Shown here: piece by piece, positions 8,798 to 19,100 of the stretch
Layout: each line of letters starts with the position of its first letter
How positions within the stretch are numbered: position 1 is the stretch's first letter
Origin: Candidatus Poribacteria bacterium
GTDB taxonomy: Bacteria > Poribacteria > WGA-4E > PCPOR2b
Assembly (NCBI GenBank): GCA_965215015.1
Contig: OZ244042.1
Span: 768,001 to 832,000 of the forward strand
Length of the DNA: 64,000 nt
Direction of reading: 5' to 3'
Made by a program: the position numbers and the translations under genes
Notes under the pieces: generated by a model
Told to the model about the DNA's origin: nothing
What the model saw: the letters and a program-made list of their open reading frames with translations, nothing else
Databases searched by the model: none

Positions 8798-9622
8798 ATG
8801 TCCACAAAACTGACCGATACACATCTTGAAGAACTGGAAGTGAAAGGCTACGTTATCGTTCCGGGCTATTATACAGGCGAAACGTTGCGTGAAATGCAAG
8901 CCGCACAGCGAAGGGCACTCCCCACATGGGATGCAGTGAAGGCAGATCCACCGCAGAACCGGGCGATTCTCACCGATTTCCCACCGCCAGAGATAGCACT
9001 ACTGCGAGGCATCGTTGACCATCAGGCATGGACGTTTGCCAGAAAGTGGCTCAAGACAGAACATATCCATTTTCGCGCCGGTTGCATGATCGCCCGCTAT
9101 CCCGGTTTCAAGGGGGGTGGCGTAGGCAGTGACGCTGCTGGTTTACATATCGATAACGGAAATAACTCCTTGCTGCCTCCCTCTGACACATTGCGCGAAT
9201 TTGGTCAACTTGTCTTTTGGATGCATCTCGAAGATGTTGATGAAGACCAAGCCCCACTGCGGCTGCTTGCCAAGGAACACGGGCGCGACACGACCAAGTA
9301 CGAGCCCTTAATCTGCAAAGGTGGAACGCTGTGTGTGTTCACCAATTACACCTTGCACTCTGCGAGCGATTATCTCCGTGCGGACGGTCAACGCTTCACA
9401 TGGGGATTTGGGATTGGCAGAGCCGACAACTATTGGGAAGGGTTTAGACACTATACAGACAAGGGGAGGCACGCGGTGTTTAGTCAGTTCATCGGAACGC
9501 TGACGGCGAAAGAGCGTGAAGTTTTCCGCTTTCCACCGGCAGGGCATCCATACTACACACCACAAACCTTGGAGGCCTTGGAGGAACAGTACCCCGGCTG
9601 GAATGCAAACGGCGAGTATTAA
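8798..9622 (+). CDS. PhyH family Fe(II)/2OG dioxygenase
   Basis: KGYVIVP, LHIDN, TLHSA facial-triad pattern. Confidence 0.8.
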   Translation: MSTKLTDTHLEELEVKGYVIVPGYYTGETLREMQAAQRRALPTWDAVKADPPQNRAILTDFPPPEIALLRGIVDHQAWTFARKWLKTEHIHFRAGCMIARYPGFKGGGVGSDAAGLHIDNGNNSLLPPSDTLREFGQLVFWMHLEDVDEDQAPLRLLAKEHGRDTTKYEPLICKGGTLCVFTNYTLHSASDYLRADGQRFTWGFGIGRADNYWEGFRHYTDKGRHAVFSQFIGTLTAKEREVFRFPPAGHPYYTPQTLEALEEQYPGWNANGEY

Positions 9623-10141
9623 ACAGCAACTCAAGGATTGGATTCGCAGATCAATTGCCTCATCCACCTTTCATAGAGGATGGAATCTGGCCTATTTCCC
9701 TGGCGGATATGGGTCAAACTAATGAGAATTACCGCCGAATTAATCATAATCATTGGAAGTTTGATGCTTGGCAGGGGGTTTTCGGTGCAGGAGGCATTGT
9801 ATGTGCGGCAGAACAGGAACATCCGATGGTGCAATGGAGCCGTTTCGGGTAGAAATGTAATTTTGGGAATAGTTCTTGCTGCCGCTAATGTTGCTAATCT
9901 AAACCAGAGCAGAGATAATCCTGCTTGGTTCGGTTTAAAGCTGGCGGTATCAGATGCAGAGAAGTAGATAACGCTTTGGGGGCGGATGAAACGGAAGCCC
10001 ATTTTAGTATTTTCAGATTGAATCGTTGCACCGTGAAACAGAATAGTGGACAGAATATGAACAGTGTCAACGTCGTGGACCAAAATTCACATTTCTATTT
10101 TGGCAAAATGACCGACGACATCCTAATACAAGGAGAACAGA

Positions 10142-11080
10142 ATGAACCAAACTGAGAGAATACCTCTCGATCAATATCGTACAGTAGTCACGCGGCCCGC
10201 TGACTTCGATGCGTTTTGGGACGACCTACTAGCACAGTCAGCGGAGATTCCACTGAACGCAACGGTGGAGTTGGTGCCATTACGCTGTACGCCAGAGGTC
10301 GAAGTTTATGACGTGCACTACGATAGTCTTGACGGTGTACGCATCGCTGGCTGGTATGCCCTGCCGCGTGAACGGTCCGGGAAGCTGCCCACCATCGTGC
10401 AGATGCCGGGCTACCTTCAGGACCCACCCATCCCGCGGTCGTGGGCACAGGATGGTTACGCTGCTTTCTCTGCCGCCCCGCGTGGGAAGATTCGCAGTAA
10501 CCAACAGTTTGACCCCGGTTATCCGGGCTTGCTGACGCATAACATGGTTGACCGCAACACCTATACCTATCGTGGCTTTTATATTGATGCAGCCCGGACG
10601 ATTGATTTCTTGCTTTCGCGTGATGAGGTTGATAGTGAGCGGATTGGCGTTACCGGCAGCAGTCAAGGCGGTGGATTAACGATTTCCACGGCAGCGTTGC
10701 GTCCCGAAATCCGTGCCGCAGCAGCAGGCGCACCGTATCTTTGCGGATATATGGATTCAATAGAACTGACATACACCTATCCATACCAAGAAATCCGTGA
10801 CTATCTACGGCTCTATCCTGAGCAGAGAGAGGCGGTACGCGACACGCTGGCGTACTTCGATGGTATCAATTTTGGACCTCGGATTACTTGTCCCATCATG
10901 GTCTACATCGGTTTGCAGGACAACGTTTGTCCGCCAGAAACAGGCTACGCTGTCTTTAACACTCTAGCCTCCGAAGATAAGCAGATTTATCCTTACGACG
11001 GACATGGTCACGATGCTGGCGCGGTTCATCACGGGCCAATCCTAAAGGATTTCTTCAAAAATCACCTACACAACTGCTGA
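10142..11080 (+). CDS. Acetyl xylan esterase / cephalosporin-C deacetylase (CE7-like)
   Basis: RPADFDAFW N-terminus, GSSQGG nucleophile elbow, GLQDNVCPP (Asp), HGH (His). Confidence 0.9.
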   Translation: MNQTERIPLDQYRTVVTRPADFDAFWDDLLAQSAEIPLNATVELVPLRCTPEVEVYDVHYDSLDGVRIAGWYALPRERSGKLPTIVQMPGYLQDPPIPRSWAQDGYAAFSAAPRGKIRSNQQFDPGYPGLLTHNMVDRNTYTYRGFYIDAARTIDFLLSRDEVDSERIGVTGSSQGGGLTISTAALRPEIRAAAAGAPYLCGYMDSIELTYTYPYQEIRDYLRLYPEQREAVRDTLAYFDGINFGPRITCPIMVYIGLQDNVCPPETGYAVFNTLASEDKQIYPYDGHGHDAGAVHHGPILKDFFKNHLHNC

Positions 11081-11117
11081 TTTATCCCTCATCAACCCCA
11101 GCCCTAAGGAGTCAATT

Positions 11118-11987
11118 ATGTCTAATACATCTCGACCAAAAGATTTTGATGCGTATTGGCAGCGGGTTTGTCGTGAACTGAAAGCCACCCCTATCGCTGC
11201 CGAAGAGGAACATCTGCCGATTCGATCAACGGAGTTCTGCGAATGCTATGCGGTGCGTTTCACCGGCATCGGACCCTATCAATTGTTTGGCTATTTAAGT
11301 GTTCCACATGGGGACGGACCGTTCCCGACTCTGCTGCTTGGTCCGGCATATCGCAGTGTCGTGGATCCGTTGCCCCAGGGGGATGCCAACGAAAAACGGG
11401 GACGCTTCCTTGTTTTTTCAACCGCCGGGCGTGGACAGCGCAATGCCGACAAACCGTATGCGGGATTATTTCCCGGTATGATGACTGAGGGAATTGATAC
11501 GCCTGAAACCTCTATTTTTCGTGGATTTGTTGCGGATTGGTTGCGGGCTGTCGACTATTTGCTGACACGCCCAGAAGTGGACCGCTCCCGCATTGCAGCG
11601 ATTAAGAAGGAAGGTATGCCGCTATTGACAGCAGCACTTCGACCTGAAGTGACCCATGTCGTCGCTTCGCCGGGAGATTTTTACAATACTCGCCATCAAG
11701 TACCGGGAGAGGTTGAAGACTACCTTCGTTTGTATCCAGAGAAGGAGGCACAGGTCAGACGAACACTCTCCTATTTCGATCCACTTTTCTTCGCGCCGGA
11801 CGTGCGTGCGCGGACATTGCTCTGGGGAAACCCAGAGGCGGTCGCGCCACTGACCGAAGCGTTCGCCGGCGAGATTGACGTCCAACCGACCGAGCATTCT
11901 TCGTATAAAGACGGGCTTTTTCAGGAACGGTGGATCGCCGATCAATTTGGCTTTGAGGACATCATTATTCCCGCACACTGGCAATAG
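11118..11987 (+). CDS. CE7-like esterase paralogue lacking the GxSxG nucleophile motif
   Basis: RPKDFDAYW, AVDYLLTRPEVDRSRI and TLSYFD align with the upstream gene, but the Ser elbow is replaced by AAIKKEG. Confidence 0.8.
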   Translation: MSNTSRPKDFDAYWQRVCRELKATPIAAEEEHLPIRSTEFCECYAVRFTGIGPYQLFGYLSVPHGDGPFPTLLLGPAYRSVVDPLPQGDANEKRGRFLVFSTAGRGQRNADKPYAGLFPGMMTEGIDTPETSIFRGFVADWLRAVDYLLTRPEVDRSRIAAIKKEGMPLLTAALRPEVTHVVASPGDFYNTRHQVPGEVEDYLRLYPEKEAQVRRTLSYFDPLFFAPDVRARTLLWGNPEAVAPLTEAFAGEIDVQPTEHSSYKDGLFQERWIADQFGFEDIIIPAHWQ

Positions 11988-12069
11988 TAAAAGTGAGAAA
12001 GAGATCCGCTCTTTGGAAGATGTCGAATCTTCCGAGGTTTTAGGTGCGTGCTGCCTAAGGAGAAAAAGG

Positions 12070-13061
12070 ATGAAATACCCGAAATGCAGTCGTCTCCCTC
12101 AAACTACATATACATTCAGGGGGTATCTCGCCGATTATCTCAGCGGCGTTACGGAACAGTGGCTGAAGGCAACACCATTGGCAAATCCGGGGATGTTAGA
12201 AATTTTTCGAGATCGAGATCGGCAGCGCCCAACTCGGTTACTGGCCTGCATTCGCACACCGGACACTGGGTGACTTACAACACACCGATGGACGGTGTAC
12301 GCCGCGCTAGTGCCCATGACATCGTGTTTCAGGCACGAGAAGACAGTCCCGAACTGAACTGTTGTAGTGTCAATGGTCCACGCGGGTTGGGTATAGTCAG
12401 CACCTGGGTATTGATGCGCTGCAGAGGCGGACTGATACTTAACAGGTATGGCTCATCCACCATGAAGGCTCAGTTATCATCAGAGGTAACGATTGAGTTA
12501 GTGCAGAAAACGGAGTATCCCCGTACAGGGAAGATTGCAATCAATGTCTCACCCTCACGTCCTACGCAGCTCGTCTTGAAATTACGCATCCCCTACTGGT
12601 CTTCCAAAACGAGGATCAAACTGAACGGTGAGCGTGTGAAATCGGTGCCGCCGGCAACCTACCTTGTAATGGATAGGGAATGGAAGGTTGGGGATAAAAT
12701 CGAACTTGAACTGGACATGTCGCTCCACGACTGGATTGGTGAGAAAGAGTGCGAAGGGAAGGCTTCCATTTACCGCGGTCCCATCCTGTTAACCTATGAT
12801 CGACGTCTCAACACGATGGGCCGCGATAAGATTCCCACGCTCAACGCCACGGCGATGAAAGAGCGGTTGATAGACAACAAAGATAACCTGCCAACTGTTG
12901 TGCTCATAGAGTATACTGCTCCAGATGGGCGCAAGTTGTGGCTCTGCGACTTTGGTAGTGCAGGCGAAAGTGGCTCTCCATATCGCTCATGGCTGCCGGT
13001 AGAGCAGATCAAAAAGACCCATTTTGCTTCAGATAATCCGCTACGTAGTGGACGCTCCTAA
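12070..13061 (+). pseudogene. GH127 (beta-L-arabinofuranosidase-like) glycoside hydrolase with an internal deletion and frameshift
   Basis: The N-terminus MKYPKC...NPGMLEIFRDRDRQ (ATG 12070 with RBS) is in one frame. After ~12230 another frame carries VTYNTPMDG, ELNCCSVNGPRG, TEYP, LRIPYW, REWKVGD and YRGPILL, typical of the GH127 C-terminal half. Confidence 0.7.
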
Positions 13062-13088
13062 TAGCAACCGGACACTATTACAAACTCC

Positions 13089-14390
13089 ATGAGAATTCCC
13101 AATGTTTTGCGACGCACCCCTCAAGTTAAAAAGAATACAGTCGTTTCAACCCCCAACTCTGTAGACATTCCGAAACCAAGCCCAACAAAACCGAAGAAAT
13201 ATCTATGGTGGTGCAGTCTGCTTCACATCATCAACGACGGTTACATCTCCAGTCTATCCATTCTGCTTCCGTTCATCGCAGTAGATCTGAATCTCACCTA
13301 CACCCAATCCGGTCTCCTTAAAACTGCTAGTCATGGAGCGATAAGCGCGACCCAGATACCCGCCGGGATTCTGGCAGAACGACTCGGAGATATATTGATC
13401 CTAGGCATAGGCACAACGTGGTTTAGCCTGAGTTATATGGGGTTGATTCTGGCGTTCAGCTATCCTTTAGCATTGATACTGATCTTTGCGTCCGGGGTAG
13501 GTGGTGGGGTATATCATCCGGTGGGGACCGCCCTCGTCTCAAATGTTTATCCACCCGAAAAGGTGGGGCCTGCAATCAGCACCTTGAACTTTTTTGGCGA
13601 TGTTGGAAAGGTGCTCTTCCCAGCCTTAGCGGGAATCCTGGTCATCAGGATTGGCTGGGGAGCGAGCTGCGCGGTGTTGGGAACGATTGGGCTCGCAGCT
13701 TCTGTCTTGTATATCTTCTTTTTTAAAGCGGACATGGGTAGAAAAAGGAACCAAACCACACAGAAGATGGAAGAACAGACAGATGGTCGTGCAAAGTGGA
13801 GGACGTTTCAGGGTTGGGGCATAGTACAACCGACCCAGTTTACACTCTACTCTATCCTTGGACTTTTGGATAACGGTATTCGAGCCGCTGTTACGACGTT
13901 TCTGGCATTTTTGATCAAAATCCGTGTTGAGGCGGGTGCTGTAGGTGGGTTGATGTCCCTGACGTTTTTCGGAGGGGCTTTGGGGAAACTGTTGTGCGGA
14001 ATGCCGATTCAGAAATTGGGCATCAAAAAGATTATTTTGATCACAGAGTTATTGATGATACTTGGCTGCCTCGCCCTGCCTTCAGTGCCGTCGGGATGGG
14101 TTATTGTGCTGTTCCTACCATTGTTTGGGTTTATGTTAAATGGAACCTCCTCTGTCATCTATGTTGGAACAGCCCCGACGCTCAATTCGGAGTTTCGTAG
14201 CCGAGGTTATGCGTTGCACTATACCCTGAGTTTCATCGCTTCTGCAACCGCGCCATACCTTGCCGGCTTCGTTGGAGACACCTATGGCCTGAAAGCCATC
14301 TTCTACGTAAACGGTACGGTGATGCTATTTGCGCTGCCACTGGTGATATTTTTGAAAAACGGGGTACCTTCTGACGAAGCGTCCCACTAA
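13089..14390 (+). CDS. MFS transporter
   Basis: About 12 hydrophobic segments; HIINDGY, GILAERLG (motif A) and GGVYHPVG (FSR-like). Confidence 0.9.
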   Translation: MRIPNVLRRTPQVKKNTVVSTPNSVDIPKPSPTKPKKYLWWCSLLHIINDGYISSLSILLPFIAVDLNLTYTQSGLLKTASHGAISATQIPAGILAERLGDILILGIGTTWFSLSYMGLILAFSYPLALILIFASGVGGGVYHPVGTALVSNVYPPEKVGPAISTLNFFGDVGKVLFPALAGILVIRIGWGASCAVLGTIGLAASVLYIFFFKADMGRKRNQTTQKMEEQTDGRAKWRTFQGWGIVQPTQFTLYSILGLLDNGIRAAVTTFLAFLIKIRVEAGAVGGLMSLTFFGGALGKLLCGMPIQKLGIKKIILITELLMILGCLALPSVPSGWVIVLFLPLFGFMLNGTSSVIYVGTAPTLNSEFRSRGYALHYTLSFIASATAPYLAGFVGDTYGLKAIFYVNGTVMLFALPLVIFLKNGVPSDEASH

Positions 14391-15784
14391 TGGAAGCGCA
14401 ACGAAAACAGGTCTGCATCCTTCATCGCAAAACGCAGACGAATCGGGGTTCCAGCCAGCTTGCTGACATTGCTGCCACCCTCCCAACGAACGATCCGCTC
14501 CAATTCATCGCCGATAATCTCTGGACATTCGTCAAGGGTATAACCCGTAACGGGCACCCCACTCGCCTCCTGAATTTCGATGCGAAGACCTCCGGCGGCA
14601 CTGGTGGAATAATTAATCTCCAATTCCTCACCCGAAAACGTAAATGGTTTGGTCACCATTTCACCACCTATGTAGGGCGCACAGACCGAAGCGAAACCGT
14701 CAATTCGGAGCGTCATACGCTCCAGGTGTGCCGTTTGCTGGTCGTAATCCCGTTGGACATACAGGGACATCTCACTCGCCCCGGTTTGCACGACTCCAAG
14801 CGCGGGATAGTTTGTCCGCGAGGTCCAGTTGTTGTAACCGATTCCCGGACGGATGAAACTCTCCTTGAACGTGAAGTTGTAGTGGGTTGTGCCCGCCCGT
14901 GTAGTCAGCAGGACCCCATCCGAGATGTCTATCCCACCGCCGCTGACTGGATTCGGGCAGACCGCCGCTGACTGTGTTTCCGTCAACGCGGGTCTGTTGA
15001 AGTGGATGCGGCCGGGGAGTGAGATGTAGATGTGCGGAGCGCGAAAGTAGGGATGCATCTGGTTGGTGTACAAATGCTGCGAGGGGGTTGTGCTGCCGGT
15101 ATCGCTGAAGGTCATCGGGGTTTGCTCTGTCCAGTTGAGAAAATCTGTTGACGTTGCCCGTGCCGTCGATCGAATACGGGCACCGCTAACCATGTGACGG
15201 GCGTAGAGGACGTAACAGCCCTCAACTTCCGACCAGAACATCACATTCTGAGAATCAAAGTTGTTTTCCAAAGCTATTGGGACAATGGGTTCATCGCGTA
15301 ACTTAGTCCAGTGGATGCCGTCGGTAGACGTATAACCCACCAGACTGCTGGGCTGCTGCTGATCGCGTGCGTTCGCTTTATATCGCTCGGCTTCGGGGAC
15401 GCCTGGCCGTGTGTCGACAAATGCACAGAACTGACCGTTATGCGGTAGAATGGCATTATTCTTTGTTGACCCGTTAATCTTAACGAGACCGAGGTCCGGT
15501 TTTGTCCAGTGGATACCATCCCCGCTTTCCGCATAACAAGTTGGGTGCGGTCTCTGTCCCATGAGGCTGCCCCGATAGTACATGCGGTATATATCATTGT
15601 CCTTGAGAACCGTTGTGTAAAAAGCCAGACGGTCTTCCCATGGTTGATCGTATCGGATAGCAATCCCCGCCGGCTGTGGATGATGCAGCTTGAGGCTTGT
15701 CCTATCAAGCCTGTCAATGAGATAGCAATCAACGAACAACTCGCGTTGCGAACTGATGTCGCGGATTTCTGCGGTTTGAGGCAT
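14387..15784 (-). CDS. Uncharacterised glycosidase-like five-bladed beta-propeller (GH32/GH43-like fold)
   Basis: RELFVD, YRMYYRG, SGDGIHW/STDGIHW Asp-box repeats, FDSQN, LRIDGF, IRLRFAMKDADLFSLRF. Confidence 0.7.
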   Translation of the reverse strand: MPQTAEIRDISSQRELFVDCYLIDRLDRTSLKLHHPQPAGIAIRYDQPWEDRLAFYTTVLKDNDIYRMYYRGSLMGQRPHPTCYAESGDGIHWTKPDLGLVKINGSTKNNAILPHNGQFCAFVDTRPGVPEAERYKANARDQQQPSSLVGYTSTDGIHWTKLRDEPIVPIALENNFDSQNVMFWSEVEGCYVLYARHMVSGARIRSTARATSTDFLNWTEQTPMTFSDTGSTTPSQHLYTNQMHPYFRAPHIYISLPGRIHFNRPALTETQSAAVCPNPVSGGGIDISDGVLLTTRAGTTHYNFTFKESFIRPGIGYNNWTSRTNYPALGVVQTGASEMSLYVQRDYDQQTAHLERMTLRIDGFASVCAPYIGGEMVTKPFTFSGEELEINYSTSAAGGLRIEIQEASGVPVTGYTLDECPEIIGDELERIVRWEGGSNVSKLAGTPIRLRFAMKDADLFSLRFH

Positions 15785-15890
15785 TGGATTTGGCTCCTTT
15801 CATATCAATTGGGTGATTCCTATCAGTCGGAAAAAGGTTACTACAACCTACCCAAAAACACAAACAAAAAATCTTAGGAAAAAGATCTGT

Positions 15891-15919
15891 TTGACGCGCA
15901 ACCGAATATTTGCTAAACT
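15891..15919 (+). promoter_or_regulatory. Sigma70-type promoter, candidate for the Omp85-fusion gene
   Basis: TTGACG-N17-TAAACT with TGn extension; implies a ~250-nt leader. Confidence 0.45.
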
Positions 15920-16170
15920 TTTGAGTGCCGGACACTTTTCTGGAGATCTTTCAGATTCTCGGAAATATCTGTTGGAATTCGGTGTGCTGAATCCTCATTG
16001 ACGAAAATGAGAATCTCTCGTACAAAAACATTCGAGCTAAGCCAACCCCGATAAGGTCGAGATTCAAAGCCATTTGAAATCGCTCCCAGTTTCAACGTCT
16101 TGACAAACCTCCCAGTCCAATGCTGTAAGGCATTGGAAATATCATTTTTCAACTTAAGGTGGCTCCGGGA

Positions 16171-19100
16171 ATGCGTACCATCACAAATCTTGTTCTCATC
16201 TTTTATATCTGCCTGTTCTATAACCTTATTCATGCGAGGACGGGGAACGCACAGGGTTTGTCACAATCCATTGGGGTTAGCTTTGCGGACTCTCAAAACG
16301 GAACCGTACCTACCAATGTCCCACAGGCTGAAGTCTCCCTATCAAGGCATGGGGACAACAAAACCGGAACTGAAGAAGCAGTTACACAAACTACCTCTGA
16401 GGGGAATCCCCTCCAGTACCGTTCTACCTCTGAACAACAGACTAGCTATGACGATGTTTATGGGCTTGAACTGGCGTTACCCGTCGCGGGGAGCGTGAAA
16501 GTGCAGGCGGCAGCAAAGGAAGCCATCATTGTCAAACTTGAAAAGCATGGGACAGGTAGCAACGAAGAAATCGTCCAAACCTACCTCGACACGGTGGAAC
16601 TAGAAATTTCCACAAAGGATGATATCTTACTGCTGACCCCGCGCCTCCCAAAATCTCCGGATTCAGACGCTAAGTTGACTCGTCTAAACTGCTCTATCGA
16701 AGCCCCTCCCGATCTAACCCTCAGAATCAAGACAACATCTGGAAATATTAGCGTACACCGTATCCGCGGCGACATGGTTTTGACAACGATGGTCGGCAAT
16801 GTTCATCTCGATGAAGTGATGGGAGCATATCAGGTTAGCCTTCAAGAAGGACAAATCTACGGAAAGATTCTCTTGACCGGCGGTGCCAACACATTTGAGA
16901 CGCAAGTCGGTTCAATAAATCTTGTGGTTATGGACGAGATTGCGGCAAAAATGACCCTCAAGACGCACGATGGCACAATTTCGTTGCGCTTGCCAGAAAG
17001 CTATCCAGCGGATCTCGAGATACAGGTCGAAAGCACAGATCAACGCGCCATTACCATTGACCTGCCGGTGGAGCTTGAAACCGCTTATGTGGGAGATGTC
17101 ATCCAAGGCTGGATCAACGATGGCGGACCTCTGATTCAAATGACCGCAAGCCAAGGAATCACCATTCTGCCTTCCCAATCTGTTTCCACTGAATCCGAAA
17201 CGGATGATAGTGAGGTGGAAGCCAACGATCCTTACACCGAAGCCGATCTGACTCCTCCGCCAACGGTTAACATCCCTCACGCGTTTGTACAGCCGGTAAT
17301 TGATGGCGATCTATTCGAGAAAGCTTGGGCAAACTCAGTGCCACTTTCCCCCTTCTATAAAGCAGATGCAACCACGCAGCCCGACGAACAGACACAGGGG
17401 TTTCTCCTTTGGGATGAACAGTACCTCTATATCGGTGCCAGAATATATGATTCGCAGATGAAGCGGCTTCCAATCACACAAACCAATCCCGATTCACCGG
17501 TTTGGCTTGATGACACCCTAGAAATTCTAGTGGATCCGAATCCGAAAACTCCGACTTATCACCACCTCATTATCAACCCAATTGGTACAGTTTTCGATCA
17601 GCGCATCGAAGCGGATTATTCGTTGGATTCCAATCTTAAAGCTGCTTATGAAAGAATAGCAAAACCCGATTGGGATTCTCGCGTCCAAGTTAAAACGCAG
17701 ATTGCTTCGACTTTTTGGAGCGTGGAGGTTGCGTTGCCCCGTAATGTACTTGAATCTCCCACCTCCGAAAGCTGGCGATTCAACCTACATCGCAAAATGC
17801 AGGGTCATTCCACCGAATCCGCATCGAAGCTGGCTGGGGAGTACAGCTACTGGTCACCGACTTATGACAAAGTTCGACCCTGGTGGCCCCATTGGCCCGA
17901 TCGGTTGGGTGTCATACACTTGGCCGAGACGAAAGATTCTGAACCTTCACAGAGCTTTGAATTCGTGGAGCAGTTCGCGCTTGCCGCCATTAAGGTTGAG
18001 GGAAACGGTGATATCCCGACATCGGAACTCCTTGAGAAGATCCCCTTCCAGCCGGGTGATATTATTTCCATTGACGAACTGTCATGGCTCAACCGTGAAC
18101 TTGAAGCACTCGACTGGTTTCGCGATGTGCACATAGAAACAAGCGAGGTCGCTAAAGAGACCGTTGAAAAACCGGGCGGATTGTCCGTCAGGGGAGAACC
18201 CAACTTACCAGTCACTGTCGCGCCGCGTGCCGGGGACTCTGGCGATGAGCCGCCTCCAATCCCTATCTTCAGGGTGAAGTTACGTATCCATGTGACCGAA
18301 GCACCAACAGTTACTGTGGATCGGCTCGATCTGGATCAAAATAGGTATTTTATATCTCCATTCCTTCGCAGAGCATTCGGGTTGAAGCCAGGACGTACTT
18401 CAGTTGAAGGACTAGAGATGAAATGTCAACTGATTGAAAACCTTTATAGGCACCACGGTTATGACCTTGTGCGGGTCCTCCATCAATTTTCCGGCACGCA
18501 TCTGTTGGTTGAGGTTGACGAAGGGCATTTAGACGACATCCGTTTTTCTGGGAACCGCCGAATTAAGCACACGGAGTTGATTGACGCGCTCGGTTTCAAG
18601 CAGGGAGACGCCTATAGCAAGCGGATCGGTACGGCGCGCCTCAATCAGATGCGAGCGAGGCTCAATAAAAATAACCTCTACTTCAAGAGAATCAAAAACT
18701 GGGAAGTGAAGCGGGAAGGGGACCAGAACGTACTTGCCATTGAGGTTGAGGAGCGGCCGCGAATCAACGTGAACTGGCGACCAGTCTTCGACTTTAACCG
18801 TGTACACGGTTTAATTTTAGGCGGAGGTGGGGCACTTTCAACGATAGAGGCGAACGCGCAAATCTATGGGGAGGTCAGCAACGGACTGTCAAGCAAAATT
18901 TGGAATTATCAACTGGGGGCTGAAAAGACCTGGTTTGACCGCCATGCCCTGAGTATTGGCGGAAGCGTTTACAAGCGGGCGGATACCAACGCCTATACTG
19001 GATTGTCCGAAGGTAAAGAATTCCTTTCTGCCCTCCTCTTTGGTGACACCTTTTTGGATTATTATAAGCGCGAGGGATATCAGGCCCGGGTGAAGGGGAA

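Noticed and set aside
9631-10141. Several short overlapping ORFs between PhyH and the esterase
   Set aside because: None has a convincing RBS or recognisable motif. It could be a gene relic, but I cannot support a call.
15920-16170. Riboswitch or ncRNA in the long leader of the Omp85-fusion gene
   Set aside because: Only short hairpins (e.g. CCAATGC-TGTAAG-GCATTGG) are visible, with no recognisable aptamer consensus. An Rfam/Infernal scan would decide.
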